Assembly (NCBI GenBank): GCA_003599595.1 | Contig: QZIP01000015.1 | Coordinates: forward strand, 4,379 to 68,378 | DNA: 64,000 bases | Source of the DNA: Candidatus Parcubacteria bacterium | Lineage (GTDB): Bacteria; Patescibacteriota; Microgenomatia; Levybacterales; GWA1-39-11 | Direction of reading: 5' to 3' | Shown: piece after piece, positions 26,232 to 35,162 of the stretch | How the letters are laid out: each line of letters starts with the position of its first letter | Numbering within the stretch: position 1 is the first letter of the stretch | Program-made: the position numbers and the translations under genes | The notes under the pieces: model-generated | Seen by the model: only the letters and a program-made list of their open reading frames with translations | Told to the model about the DNA's origin: nothing | Database searches by the model: none

Positions 26232-26534
26232 ATGTTAGATTGGGTAGATAAAAATAGACGTTTGTTAAGTAAAGGATTTGTACGTCAATATGAGGAATAT
26301 GTTCCTATCTTCAACGAAGATGAAGAAGTTGTAAAGTTTCACAATGTTCATATTGAATGGACAGTATTTGATAAATACAATAATGTTGGTTTTAAACCAA
26401 TTAGGAAACAGTTGATGGAACCAATATGGAATAAAACATCTGGTTTATATGAACTATTACCCGTAAGTTGTTTTGCATATAACATTAATGATTATGAATT
26501 TTCAGTAGAGTGGAACGGAAGATTATATCAGTAA
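26232..26534 (+). CDS. hypothetical protein
   Basis: ORF in the gene train. Confidence 0.5.
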   Translation: MLDWVDKNRRLLSKGFVRQYEEYVPIFNEDEEVVKFHNVHIEWTVFDKYNNVGFKPIRKQLMEPIWNKTSGLYELLPVSCFAYNINDYEFSVEWNGRLYQ

Positions 26535-26545
26535 CAGGAGTTAAA

Positions 26546-26590
26546 ATGAGGGCCATAATTACGGTTGGATTAGGTTTTGGGAGTGTTTGA
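26546..26590 (+). pseudogene. 14-codon remnant of an adenylosuccinate synthetase N-terminus
   Basis: MRAIITVGLGFGSV* parallels MTKAIITVGLGWGDEGKG at 27660. AGGAG RBS upstream. Confidence 0.5.
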
Positions 26591-26593
26591 AGT

Positions 26594-27667
26594 TTGAATG
26601 ACAGTATGATTGTAACTGAGGATACTCCAAAAGAATTAATTGCAACATGCCCTAAGTGCAAAAACGTTGAGGTTCGTAGAAAGAAGAAAACAGGGAGAAT
26701 TCCTTATTGTTTTGATTGTTTTAAGAAAACTAAACATTGTGATAAGAATGGAAATAGAACACCAAACAAAGCAATACCTTTTGAATCTCTGTGCCAATAT
26801 TGCAACAGTAAGTTTTTATATTCTAAAAAGAGAAATAAACATGGAACTTTTGTTTGTGAAAATTGTATAGGGCTTCACAAGGAGAACTTATATCAAAGAA
26901 AGAAATCTCATATAATACAAAACTACAGAGAAAATGTGGATTTGGAGAAAAGAAAGAGATTATCTAGAGAGTTACCAAAAGTTGGACTTTCTATAGAATG
27001 GTACGATTTGTTGGAAAAGAAATGTGGAATTTGTGGCACGTGCGATTTTGCTAACAATTGGTGTTTAGATCATGATCATAATTGTTGTCCATATGGTGAA
27101 TACTGTAGTAAATGTGTCAGAGGCATTCTTTGTGAGAGATGTAATGTAGGATTAGGAGGGTTTAAGGAAAATACAGAAAGTCTATTATCGGCCATTGGAT
27201 GGATTATGCATCAGAAAGATTCTCCGCAAGGATTAGGAATTACTTGTTTATATTGTGAAAATGCATATAAACCTCAAGATAAATATAAATGGTCTCATAA
27301 AATTTGTGTGGATTGTAAATCTAAATATCCCAAGAGGGGTTGTAGAAAACAATTGAGAGACGAGTGGAAAAACAATCCAAATGTTAGAAACAGAAAAAGG
27401 TTAATTTCAAAACTCAATAAAATTGGGGTAAGTGTTGAATGGTATGAGAAATATTCACGAGCATGTGGTATTTGTGGGTGTACAGATCAATTGTCAATAG
27501 ACCATAAACATGGTTGTGAGTTTTGTAATTATTATTGTTATTTGTGCATAAGAGGCTTGTTATGTAGAAATTGTAATTTTGGACTAGGATGTTTTAAAGA
27601 CAACGTTAAAACACTAGAAGCAGCTATCAAATGGTTGCAAAGTAAAGGATGTAATAGAAATGACTAA
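26594..27667 (+). CDS. homing endonuclease with two endonuclease VII (HNH-superfamily) modules
   Basis: Two copies of the pattern: LDHDHNCC...CVRGILCERCNVGLGGF and IDHKHGCE...CIRGLLCRNCNFGLGCF. Confidence 0.7.
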   Translation: MNDSMIVTEDTPKELIATCPKCKNVEVRRKKKTGRIPYCFDCFKKTKHCDKNGNRTPNKAIPFESLCQYCNSKFLYSKKRNKHGTFVCENCIGLHKENLYQRKKSHIIQNYRENVDLEKRKRLSRELPKVGLSIEWYDLLEKKCGICGTCDFANNWCLDHDHNCCPYGEYCSKCVRGILCERCNVGLGGFKENTESLLSAIGWIMHQKDSPQGLGITCLYCENAYKPQDKYKWSHKICVDCKSKYPKRGCRKQLRDEWKNNPNVRNRKRLISKLNKIGVSVEWYEKYSRACGICGCTDQLSIDHKHGCEFCNYYCYLCIRGLLCRNCNFGLGCFKDNVKTLEAAIKWLQSKGCNRND

Positions 27668-28868
27668 AGCCATTATAACTGTGGGATTGGGGTGGGGAGA
27701 TGAAGGAAAGGGAAGTACCGTAGATTACCTTGTTAGAAAGTGCAATTCCAAATTAGTTGTACGGTATTGTGGTGGATCTCAAGCTGGACATAACGTGGTT
27801 TTACCTGATGGTAGAAAACATTGCTTTTCCCAATTTGGATCAGGCACACTAGCTGGAGCTAAGACATATTTAGGGAAACACGTAATCATCCATCCTTCCA
27901 ATCTTAGAAATGAGGCAAGGCATTTGAAGGAATTAGGAATAGATAATCCAGCATCCTTGTTGACTATTAATAAGAATGCTTTAGTTTCTACTCCTTATCA
28001 TGAAGCAATTAACCGTGCTAAAGAAATATCTAGATCTGATGTTTTAGTAAACACACATGGTCGTAAAGATGATTTGAGACATGGATCTTGTGGTCATGGA
28101 ATTGGTGAAACCCGTAGATATTGGAAAGATTATGGAAGTGATGCTGTGTTTGTAGGGGATTTATTTGGTTCTAAGAGCGTGTTGTCTGATAAGCTTGAAT
28201 TGATGCGTCAACGATTGATGGATAAAAATTATAAGCATGCTTACTTATATGATGGTGGTGTAATAGGAAAAGATGGACCTTATAACCCTGTATGGGATGA
28301 GTTTGATCCAATTTTTACTGAAAAGATGAGTGTTGTAGTAAATGATTTGGTAAAAGATCAGTATTTTAAATATTCTGTAGATTCTAATGGTATTCCAGAG
28401 ATATGGAAGTATGAGGGGACACCAATTATATTTGAAGGGGCGCAGGGTGTACTACTTGACGAGTGGTATGGTTTTTTCCCTTATGTAACTCATAGTACTC
28501 TTACTCCTAGATTTGCTATTGAGACGTGTGATGAAGCTAAAATTGATGATTATTATGTGTTAGGAATTAGTAGATCTTATATGACTCGCCATGGTCATGG
28601 TCCTTTTCCAACATATAGTGAAGAACTAACCGAACAGTTTAAAGATGACGGAAATCCCCAAAACCAATGGCAGGGGAGTTTAAGATGTGGTAAGTTAGAT
28701 ATGGGGTTATTGAGGTATTCGGTTAGATGTTGTGATGGAATTGATGGTATCGCTGTAACATGTTTGGATCAGATTAAAGACCATGAATTGAGTGAACTGG
28801 CTCCAGTTGTTCTGGAGTCTTATGGGCCAACTTATTTAGATAGAAAAGAAGTTGGTGTTTTAAATTGA
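27660..28868 (+). CDS. adenylosuccinate synthetase-like enzyme (short PurA/PurZ-clade form)
   Basis: GWGDEGKGS P-loop and GGSQAGHNV. The guanine-specificity element reads VTCLD rather than TKLD. The C-terminus is much shorter than in E. coli-type PurA. Confidence 0.75.
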   Translation: MTKAIITVGLGWGDEGKGSTVDYLVRKCNSKLVVRYCGGSQAGHNVVLPDGRKHCFSQFGSGTLAGAKTYLGKHVIIHPSNLRNEARHLKELGIDNPASLLTINKNALVSTPYHEAINRAKEISRSDVLVNTHGRKDDLRHGSCGHGIGETRRYWKDYGSDAVFVGDLFGSKSVLSDKLELMRQRLMDKNYKHAYLYDGGVIGKDGPYNPVWDEFDPIFTEKMSVVVNDLVKDQYFKYSVDSNGIPEIWKYEGTPIIFEGAQGVLLDEWYGFFPYVTHSTLTPRFAIETCDEAKIDDYYVLGISRSYMTRHGHGPFPTYSEELTEQFKDDGNPQNQWQGSLRCGKLDMGLLRYSVRCCDGIDGIAVTCLDQIKDHELSELAPVVLESYGPTYLDRKEVGVLN

Positions 28869-29347
28869 AAGGTTATATGTTAGAGAATTTGACAAAAGAA
28901 GAACAAGCTACTAATTATCACACAATGCGTCATATTGAGATTGTTCGTAACAATCTCAATATGTTCATTACTGATTTGTTGAAACGCGGTGAATTACACG
29001 ATCAAACTAAGTTAGAACAACCTGAAGTTGCTTATTTTTCTTTATACACTGATAAGCTGGCTACTTGTACGTATGGAAGTGCTGAGTATGAAGGTTATAG
29101 GAAAGCTATGGACCCAGCACTCACACATCATTATGCTAGAAATAGACACCATCCAGAGCATTGGAAGAATGGTATAGATGATATGAATTTGTTGGATTTA
29201 TGTGAGATGTTTTGTGATTGGTTAGCAGCTAGTAAACGACATAATGATGGTAACATACTTAAAAGTATTGAAAAGAATGCTGATAGGTTTAAGATGTCCC
29301 CTCAGTTAGTTAAGATATTTGAGAATACTGCCAAGGAGTTTCAGTAG
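28865..29347 (+). CDS. HD-like / His-rich metal-binding protein
   Basis: MRHIE...LHDQTK (an H...HD pattern) and HHYARNRHHPEHW. The family assignment is uncertain. Confidence 0.4.
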   Translation: MKGYMLENLTKEEQATNYHTMRHIEIVRNNLNMFITDLLKRGELHDQTKLEQPEVAYFSLYTDKLATCTYGSAEYEGYRKAMDPALTHHYARNRHHPEHWKNGIDDMNLLDLCEMFCDWLAASKRHNDGNILKSIEKNADRFKMSPQLVKIFENTAKEFQ

Positions 29348-29348
29348 C

Positions 29349-29675
29349 ATGAGCGATGCTAAATATATTCTTTGTGTACTTGGCAAAGATGAAGAACTTA
29401 GTTTAGAACAAGCTACAAAATATGTGGCAGATTCCTTGAATAAGCAATATCAATCATCTTTGTGGAGTGGTTTGTTTACTCCAACAGAGTTTGAATACAT
29501 AGATAAAAAGATGACTATTATTGGTGATTCTTGGTTTAGTGAAGAAAGAAAATGGTGTCGATATAATTTTCTTTTGAAGGGAATAGAAACAGATACTGAT
29601 TGTAATGGTGATTCACTTCCTAACCGTTTAATGTATTGGTTGGGAGAATCCAAACTAATAGAAAAACCAAAATAG
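29349..29675 (+). CDS. hypothetical protein (paralogue of the C-terminal part of 30028..30537)
   Basis: Shared SxWSGxFxP ... FLxKxKG ... DCN pattern. Confidence 0.5.
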   Translation: MSDAKYILCVLGKDEELSLEQATKYVADSLNKQYQSSLWSGLFTPTEFEYIDKKMTIIGDSWFSEERKWCRYNFLLKGIETDTDCNGDSLPNRLMYWLGESKLIEKPK

Positions 29676-29686
29676 GAGTTTTAGTA

Positions 29687-30031
29687 ATGGAAATGAAATG
29701 GGAATGGACTGGTGAGCCAGCAATTTTGGAAGATATTAAGAATTGTGTTGGTGAAGGTTGGAATGGAATAATTGAAAGATTGGTTGCTGATTTGGAGAAA
29801 TTAGGATGGGATGGAACAGTGGCACAAGTGAAAGAGAAGTTTGGTGGTTTGAGGTTTTATATTGGTGGTGGAACTCATGAGGTTTGGGAGAGAATATCAG
29901 AAGCAGAAAAAGAATCAATGAATACTTGTCAAAATTGTGGCAAGCCAGGAAAAATTGATAAATGGGGTAAATGGTGGCTATTGTGCCTTTGTCCAGAATG
30001 TGGTGAAAATAGAAGGAATTCAAAATTATGA
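29687..30031 (+). CDS. hypothetical protein (KEKFGGLRFY motif, C-terminal Cys4)
   Basis: AGGAG RBS upstream of the 29687 ATG. CQNCG...CPECG pairs. Confidence 0.55.
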   Translation: MEMKWEWTGEPAILEDIKNCVGEGWNGIIERLVADLEKLGWDGTVAQVKEKFGGLRFYIGGGTHEVWERISEAEKESMNTCQNCGKPGKIDKWGKWWLLCLCPECGENRRNSKL

Positions 30032-30537
30032 TTCGTAGAAATTTCTTGAAGAAGGTAGTATTATCTGTTGCTGGAATGTTAGGATTGGTGACAGTAGCGA
30101 AGATACAAGGATCAGAATTAACTTATAAAGATGATTGGGATGATCTTTGTAAACATATGGTGAAGAATTGTAATGCGAAAGTTGCTGAGTTTGATTTAGG
30201 AGTTTTATATAAATTTGAAGATGGGAATTTAGATAAGGATAGAAATAGTTACGTAGAAGAAGCTTCTCAAATGGTTAAAGACAATTATTTGGGACAGTCT
30301 TTCAGAACATCTATGTGGAGTGGAAAATTCATTCCATTCAAAGTTCAATTTTTTGAAACAAGACAAAGCCCTTCATTTATGGTTGGTACTACTGTTTGGG
30401 TAAGATTTCTTTTTAAAATGAAAGGATTTTTGTTTGAAGAAACTGAAAATGTAGATTGCAACAAAAATCAAAAAGTAAACACCATGTTTAATGGTCCATT
30501 TAAATTTTGGGTGGGTGAGAATGTGGAGATTGTTTAA
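30028..30537 (+). CDS. exported protein with twin-arginine-like signal peptide
   Basis: MIRRNFLKKVVLSVAGMLGLVTVA is an RRxFLK motif followed by a hydrophobic region. Confidence 0.55.
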   Translation: MIRRNFLKKVVLSVAGMLGLVTVAKIQGSELTYKDDWDDLCKHMVKNCNAKVAEFDLGVLYKFEDGNLDKDRNSYVEEASQMVKDNYLGQSFRTSMWSGKFIPFKVQFFETRQSPSFMVGTTVWVRFLFKMKGFLFEETENVDCNKNQKVNTMFNGPFKFWVGENVEIV

Positions 30538-30917
30538 TGTATTTATTCATAGGTGAACGGCCATCTAATAAAGCATTACAGATGGGTGTTAACTGGGAAG
30601 ATGGCAGGTTAGCTGCTAAGCAGTTATTTGATGCTTTATTAGCAAATGGAATTGATCCCACTCAACAAGTGTTTATCAACTGGTTTAAGCATTTAGATGG
30701 TCCATTTGTTGCGAAAAGAGGCATCAAATCGACTATTGGTAGAATTAAGAATGTAGGGTATCAACCAGTAGCTCTTGGCAGAAGAGTTTCTAAAGCTATG
30801 ACGGAAGCTCAAATAGATCATTTGTTTATGATTCATCCAGCTGCCAGGGGCAAGATTAGAAAGAAATCAAGATATATCAAACATGTTAGAAAGGTGTTGA
30901 ATGGAACTCGTAGCTAA
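30537..30917 (+). CDS. hypothetical protein (weak UDG-fold-like GERPS motif)
   Basis: ORF only. The FIGERPS resemblance is weak. Confidence 0.45.
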   Translation: MYLFIGERPSNKALQMGVNWEDGRLAAKQLFDALLANGIDPTQQVFINWFKHLDGPFVAKRGIKSTIGRIKNVGYQPVALGRRVSKAMTEAQIDHLFMIHPAARGKIRKKSRYIKHVRKVLNGTRS

Positions 30918-31491
30918 AAAATTGTATTGGATTTCTCGAATTACTTCTGGTGGATTTAAAGTGAATCTTCCAGAAGCTTCATTATTTGATATTCGTAAAG
31001 TTCAGGAGAATCCAAATCCTGATGATACTAAACTTGATTTATGGTATAAAACCATAGCAAATTTGTATACTTTGGGGAAGGCGTATTGGTTTATTTGCAG
31101 AGATCAACTTGGAGCTATTAATGAAATATGGCCTTTGGAAACTAAATATTTATACGAGATCAATGATGGGATGAGTTCAAGGCTTTATTATTCAAGGGAA
31201 GGTCAAAAAGGATTTGAAATTCCGTATAATCAATTATGTACATTTACGTTTGAAAAGAACGAATATTCAGATTTTCAGAATGATATGAAATCTTTCATAC
31301 GTGATTATAATCTTTGGGATGATTATGGTGAGGCGTGTTGGTTAGTGGCTCATGTTGTTAGAAGATTAGATATGTGTATGGAATACATGTCTAAACAATT
31401 AAATCCATTTTATGGAACCCAGATTCCTTGCAAAGTAACCTCAATGGGAAACCCATTTTATGAAAAATACCATGGAAAAAATAATGGATAG
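30901..31491 (+). CDS. hypothetical protein with two NPFY motifs near the C-terminus
   Basis: The C-terminal region reads QLNPFYGTQ...MGNPFYEKYHGKNNG*. Confidence 0.5.
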   Translation: MELVAKKLYWISRITSGGFKVNLPEASLFDIRKVQENPNPDDTKLDLWYKTIANLYTLGKAYWFICRDQLGAINEIWPLETKYLYEINDGMSSRLYYSREGQKGFEIPYNQLCTFTFEKNEYSDFQNDMKSFIRDYNLWDDYGEACWLVAHVVRRLDMCMEYMSKQLNPFYGTQIPCKVTSMGNPFYEKYHGKNNG

Positions 31492-31533
31492 GTTGTTGGA
31501 GTGTGTTTGTTGGATTTGGTCTAAATTAATGAA

Positions 31534-32013
31534 ATGAGGAAAAGGATGTCTGAATACCTTTCAGCTAACAGTGAAGAATTTCTTAAACCGTTGGAGAATC
31601 ATTTAGAATCTGGAAAGCCATTAGCTTTGAGAGTTTGTTGGTCCAGAGTTGGTGGTGGTTCAAATGAATGTTTGTTAAAAACAGTAGATGATTTGGTTGT
31701 ATTGAGAAGTAACCACAGATGGTGGAAACCACAAGCCATAATTTACGTTTGTTTTCATCCTTTTATAATATGGGATGGAAATTTAACAATGGAATTGTTT
31801 CAGAAGATGTGGAAAGTTGGAATTAAGAGTTCTGAAGATGTGTTATTGATTGAACCAAATGGATTTTGGAGTAGGTATGAAACTGAAGATTTGTATGCAT
31901 GGGTTTGTGAATTTATGGGTAAGAAAGTTGTTGTGATGAAGGAAACTAAATATGAAGATTTAGAAGCGTTAGTTCCAATGCCTGATGGCACATTAGTTTC
32001 AGGAGCTTATTAA
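31534..32013 (+). CDS. hypothetical protein
   Basis: ORF in the gene train. Confidence 0.5.
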   Translation: MRKRMSEYLSANSEEFLKPLENHLESGKPLALRVCWSRVGGGSNECLLKTVDDLVVLRSNHRWWKPQAIIYVCFHPFIIWDGNLTMELFQKMWKVGIKSSEDVLLIEPNGFWSRYETEDLYAWVCEFMGKKVVVMKETKYEDLEALVPMPDGTLVSGAY

Positions 32014-33074
32014 TGTTTTTATATGCTACGGCAGATAAGATTGGTCAAGAGAGTGGAGGAGGTCTAGTTACGGCCCAGGAACTCCAAGCATTAAAACAAT
32101 TTGCTCGTGGCGAACAGGTTGTAGTTTTGGGAAAGGATGATATTGTTGGTGGAAGTGATCCTTGGGGCTGGGACCAAGTTCTGTTAGATACATTAAAAAA
32201 ACTCAAACCATTTAAGTTGGCACACTTTTATTCAGGTTCATTCACTTCATCGGTCAAGTATTTGAAAGAAAACGGCTGTAAGGTTACTTATACATGTGCT
32301 GCTCACAGAGTAGCAGATAGTAAAAAAGCGCATGAAGATATTGGATTACCATATAATTTACCGCATTTAACTGATCCCTCTTTGTGGGAAAAATATAGTG
32401 GTGGGTATTGGAGTTCAGATGTTTTGATAGTGCCAAGTAAACATTCTGAGGAAGTGGTAAAAGAGCAAATGGATGCTCTTAAGATGTTTACCAGACCAAA
32501 GGTTAAAGTAGTTCCTCATGGTTGTCATGTGCCCAAGATAGGAATTAAACCAAGACCTTCTCAATTCGTTGTTGGTTATCTAGGCAGTGTTGGGGCAGAT
32601 AAGAGTTTAAAGACTTTGTTGTTGGCTTGGAAGAAGTTAAAATATAAGAACTCATTACTCAAACTAGCTGGAAAGGAATCTACTTCAGACTTTGCCTATG
32701 CATTAATTAATGCTTTTGGTGGGGGTGGTTCTATTGTCTGTTGTGGATGGCAAACCAACATATCTGACTTCTACAATAGCATAACTGCTTATGTTCAACC
32801 TAGTGCTACTGAGGGATTCGGAATTGAAGTGTTAGAAGCTATGGCACATGGTAGAATTGCATTATGTTCAGATCATGCTGGGGCTAAAGATGTTGTTCAT
32901 AGTTCTTGTGTGTTCCAAGCTAACAATCCAGATGCGTTAGCAGATAAGATTGAGGAAATGAAAACTACGTGGGATCTAGATGCTAGAGCTGTCATTGCTA
33001 AAGAAACAGCTCAGAATTACGAATGGTCCAAAATTAGAGAGAAGTATATTAGAGTGTGGGAGAAATTGTTTTGA
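32013..33074 (+). CDS. glycosyltransferase family 1/4 (GT-B)
   Basis: PSATEGFGIEVLEAMAHGRIALCSD contains the EX7E motif. Confidence 0.75.
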   Translation: MFLYATADKIGQESGGGLVTAQELQALKQFARGEQVVVLGKDDIVGGSDPWGWDQVLLDTLKKLKPFKLAHFYSGSFTSSVKYLKENGCKVTYTCAAHRVADSKKAHEDIGLPYNLPHLTDPSLWEKYSGGYWSSDVLIVPSKHSEEVVKEQMDALKMFTRPKVKVVPHGCHVPKIGIKPRPSQFVVGYLGSVGADKSLKTLLLAWKKLKYKNSLLKLAGKESTSDFAYALINAFGGGGSIVCCGWQTNISDFYNSITAYVQPSATEGFGIEVLEAMAHGRIALCSDHAGAKDVVHSSCVFQANNPDALADKIEEMKTTWDLDARAVIAKETAQNYEWSKIREKYIRVWEKLF

Positions 33075-33625
33075 TCAGATATTGCAAAAACCACAGACGC
33101 TCTTTCTATGAAGAATGTTTAAATTGTTCAGTTGAAAATCCTTGGTTAGATGTATACCAATATTATAGGAGTCAACTTGAGAATCCCAGTTTGTGGGATT
33201 GCCAATTAAAATTGAAAGGCCCAAGGGTTATGATTGGAGAAGATCCAATTCATTATCCGGATAAAAATTGGGTTTGGAAGAAGTGTCCATCATGTGTTAA
33301 AAAGCCGTTTCCGATTTCGCCTGATGTTCATAGACATGATATGTTTAAATATGATGATTCATTTAAGGGAATTTTAAGTTGTGCCTGGAAAGTGTATCCA
33401 TATGAGCCTTGGTGGGAGCCTTCAGTTACGCCAGGATATAAGCGATTATTGATTAAGGCTTCCACTATGGGGGACACTTTATTTGTTCAAGATGATTGGT
33501 ACGCAGCATATGATCAACAAATGGAAACAGGACATCCCTTGTACGAAGATAGGAAGATAGTTATAGGATGTTACCATAAAACTGATAAATCAATTAAAAA
33601 TAAAGAAAATCCATTCTATACATAA
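33056..33625 (+). CDS. hypothetical Cys-rich protein ending in KENPFYT
   Basis: ORF with the C-terminus ...SIKNKENPFYT*. Confidence 0.5.
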   Translation: MGEIVLIRYCKNHRRSFYEECLNCSVENPWLDVYQYYRSQLENPSLWDCQLKLKGPRVMIGEDPIHYPDKNWVWKKCPSCVKKPFPISPDVHRHDMFKYDDSFKGILSCAWKVYPYEPWWEPSVTPGYKRLLIKASTMGDTLFVQDDWYAAYDQQMETGHPLYEDRKIVIGCYHKTDKSIKNKENPFYT

Positions 33626-33646
33626 GATAATAAGTTGTAGGAAATT

Positions 33647-33772
33647 ATGAACCAGAACACTATAGATACTATTTTGGTATTTGTTTGTATATTTTTATAC
33701 AGTATTGGTATTTATCTGACAATATTGACTGCTGAGATTAAAAACAAGAATAAATCTGAAAAGCAAGATTAG
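33647..33772 (+). CDS. 41-aa single-pass membrane peptide (not in ORF track)
   Basis: MNQNTIDTILVFVCIFLYSIGIYLTILTAEIKNK... The aaattATGA start context resembles that of 41717. Confidence 0.35.
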   Translation: MNQNTIDTILVFVCIFLYSIGIYLTILTAEIKNKNKSEKQD

Positions 33773-33861
33773 GGTTTGTTGTTCTACCGTTATGGATAGG
33801 TATCAAATGGAAATGGTAGAGTTGGTTAATTTGTTTCAATCATTTCCAGTTTGGTACCAGT

Positions 33862-35160
33862 ATGAAAACCGAGAATACAGTAAAGATCAAGCAAGTTAGA
33901 AAACGAGATGGTAATTTAGATTCATACAATAACCGAAAGATAGTTAATGCTATATTTGCTGGAATGAAAGTAGTTAAAAATGGAAGTAAAGAAGATGCTA
34001 CTAAAACAGCATTAGAAGTAGAAAGGAAATTAGCCAAAATAGCTGAAGAGTACAAGGATGCTGAGTACATTCCTAACGTTGAGGAAATTCAAGATCTTGT
34101 TGAACAAGCGTTAATGGAGAATGGTTTTCACAGCGTAGCCAAAGAGTATATCTTATATCGTGAAAAAAGACGTCTTGAAAGAAAGCGCGATATCTTTAAG
34201 AAGAGAGTTTATCTTAAACCATATGAATATCCAGAGTTTATCGAGTATATAGACGCTATCAGACACTCTTATTGGATTCATACCGAGTTTAACTATACGA
34301 GCGATGTACAGGATTTCAAAGTAAATATTTCTGATTTAGAAAGAAATGTAATCAAGAATACTATGCTTGCCATTTCTCAAATTGAGGTGGCAGTAAAGAT
34401 GTTTTGGGCGGACATATACAAGAAGTTACCTAAACCTGAAATAGCATCTGTTGGTGTGGTGTTTGCTGAGAGTGAAGTAAGACATCAAGATGCTTATTCA
34501 CATTTGTTAGAAATTCTTGGTCTAAACAACGAATTCAAAAAGATATTTGATGTTCCTGTAATTAATCAGAGAATTAAGTTTCTCAGCAGTGTGCTAGAGA
34601 CTTCAAAGAGTGAAGATAATAGGGAATATGTTCGTTCTATTCTGTATTTTTCATTATTTATAGAACATGTTTCTTTGTTTTCACAGTTTCTCATAATGAT
34701 GTCGTTCAATAAGTTCAAAAATGTATTCAAGGGAATATCCAATGCTGTTGAAGCAACTAGCAAAGAAGAGCAGATTCATGGGCTGTTTGGCATCAGTATC
34801 ATCAAAACTATTAAAGAAGAGCATCCAGATTGGTTTGATGAAGAGTTAACACAAGATATATATGATTCTTGTGAAAAGGCTTATGAGGTTGAAGAACAAG
34901 TTGTTGATTGGATATTTGAGAATGGTGAGCTTGATTTTTTACCCAAAGATGTAATCAAAGAATTTATTAAGAGTAGATTGAATAATTCTCTTCATGCTAT
35001 TGGATTAAAGAAAACATTCAAAGTTGATAAGCAGCTTCTTGAAAAAACGGAATGGTTTGATGATGAAATCATAGCCACTAAGCATAATGATTTCTTCAAT
35101 AAAAGGTCGGTAAATTACAACAAACGGAGTAAGAGTGTAACAAGCAATGATTTATTTTAA
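33862..35160 (+). CDS. nrdB: ribonucleotide reductase small subunit (NrdB) with N-terminal ATP-cone
   Basis: The N-terminal VKIKQVRKRDGNLDSYNNRKIVNAI is ATP-cone-like. The R2 core shows ESEVRHQDAYSHLLE and SKEEQIHG iron-ligand motifs. Confidence 0.85.
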   Translation: MKTENTVKIKQVRKRDGNLDSYNNRKIVNAIFAGMKVVKNGSKEDATKTALEVERKLAKIAEEYKDAEYIPNVEEIQDLVEQALMENGFHSVAKEYILYREKRRLERKRDIFKKRVYLKPYEYPEFIEYIDAIRHSYWIHTEFNYTSDVQDFKVNISDLERNVIKNTMLAISQIEVAVKMFWADIYKKLPKPEIASVGVVFAESEVRHQDAYSHLLEILGLNNEFKKIFDVPVINQRIKFLSSVLETSKSEDNREYVRSILYFSLFIEHVSLFSQFLIMMSFNKFKNVFKGISNAVEATSKEEQIHGLFGISIIKTIKEEHPDWFDEELTQDIYDSCEKAYEVEEQVVDWIFENGELDFLPKDVIKEFIKSRLNNSLHAIGLKKTFKVDKQLLEKTEWFDDEIIATKHNDFFNKRSVNYNKRSKSVTSNDLF

Positions 35161-35162
35161 AT

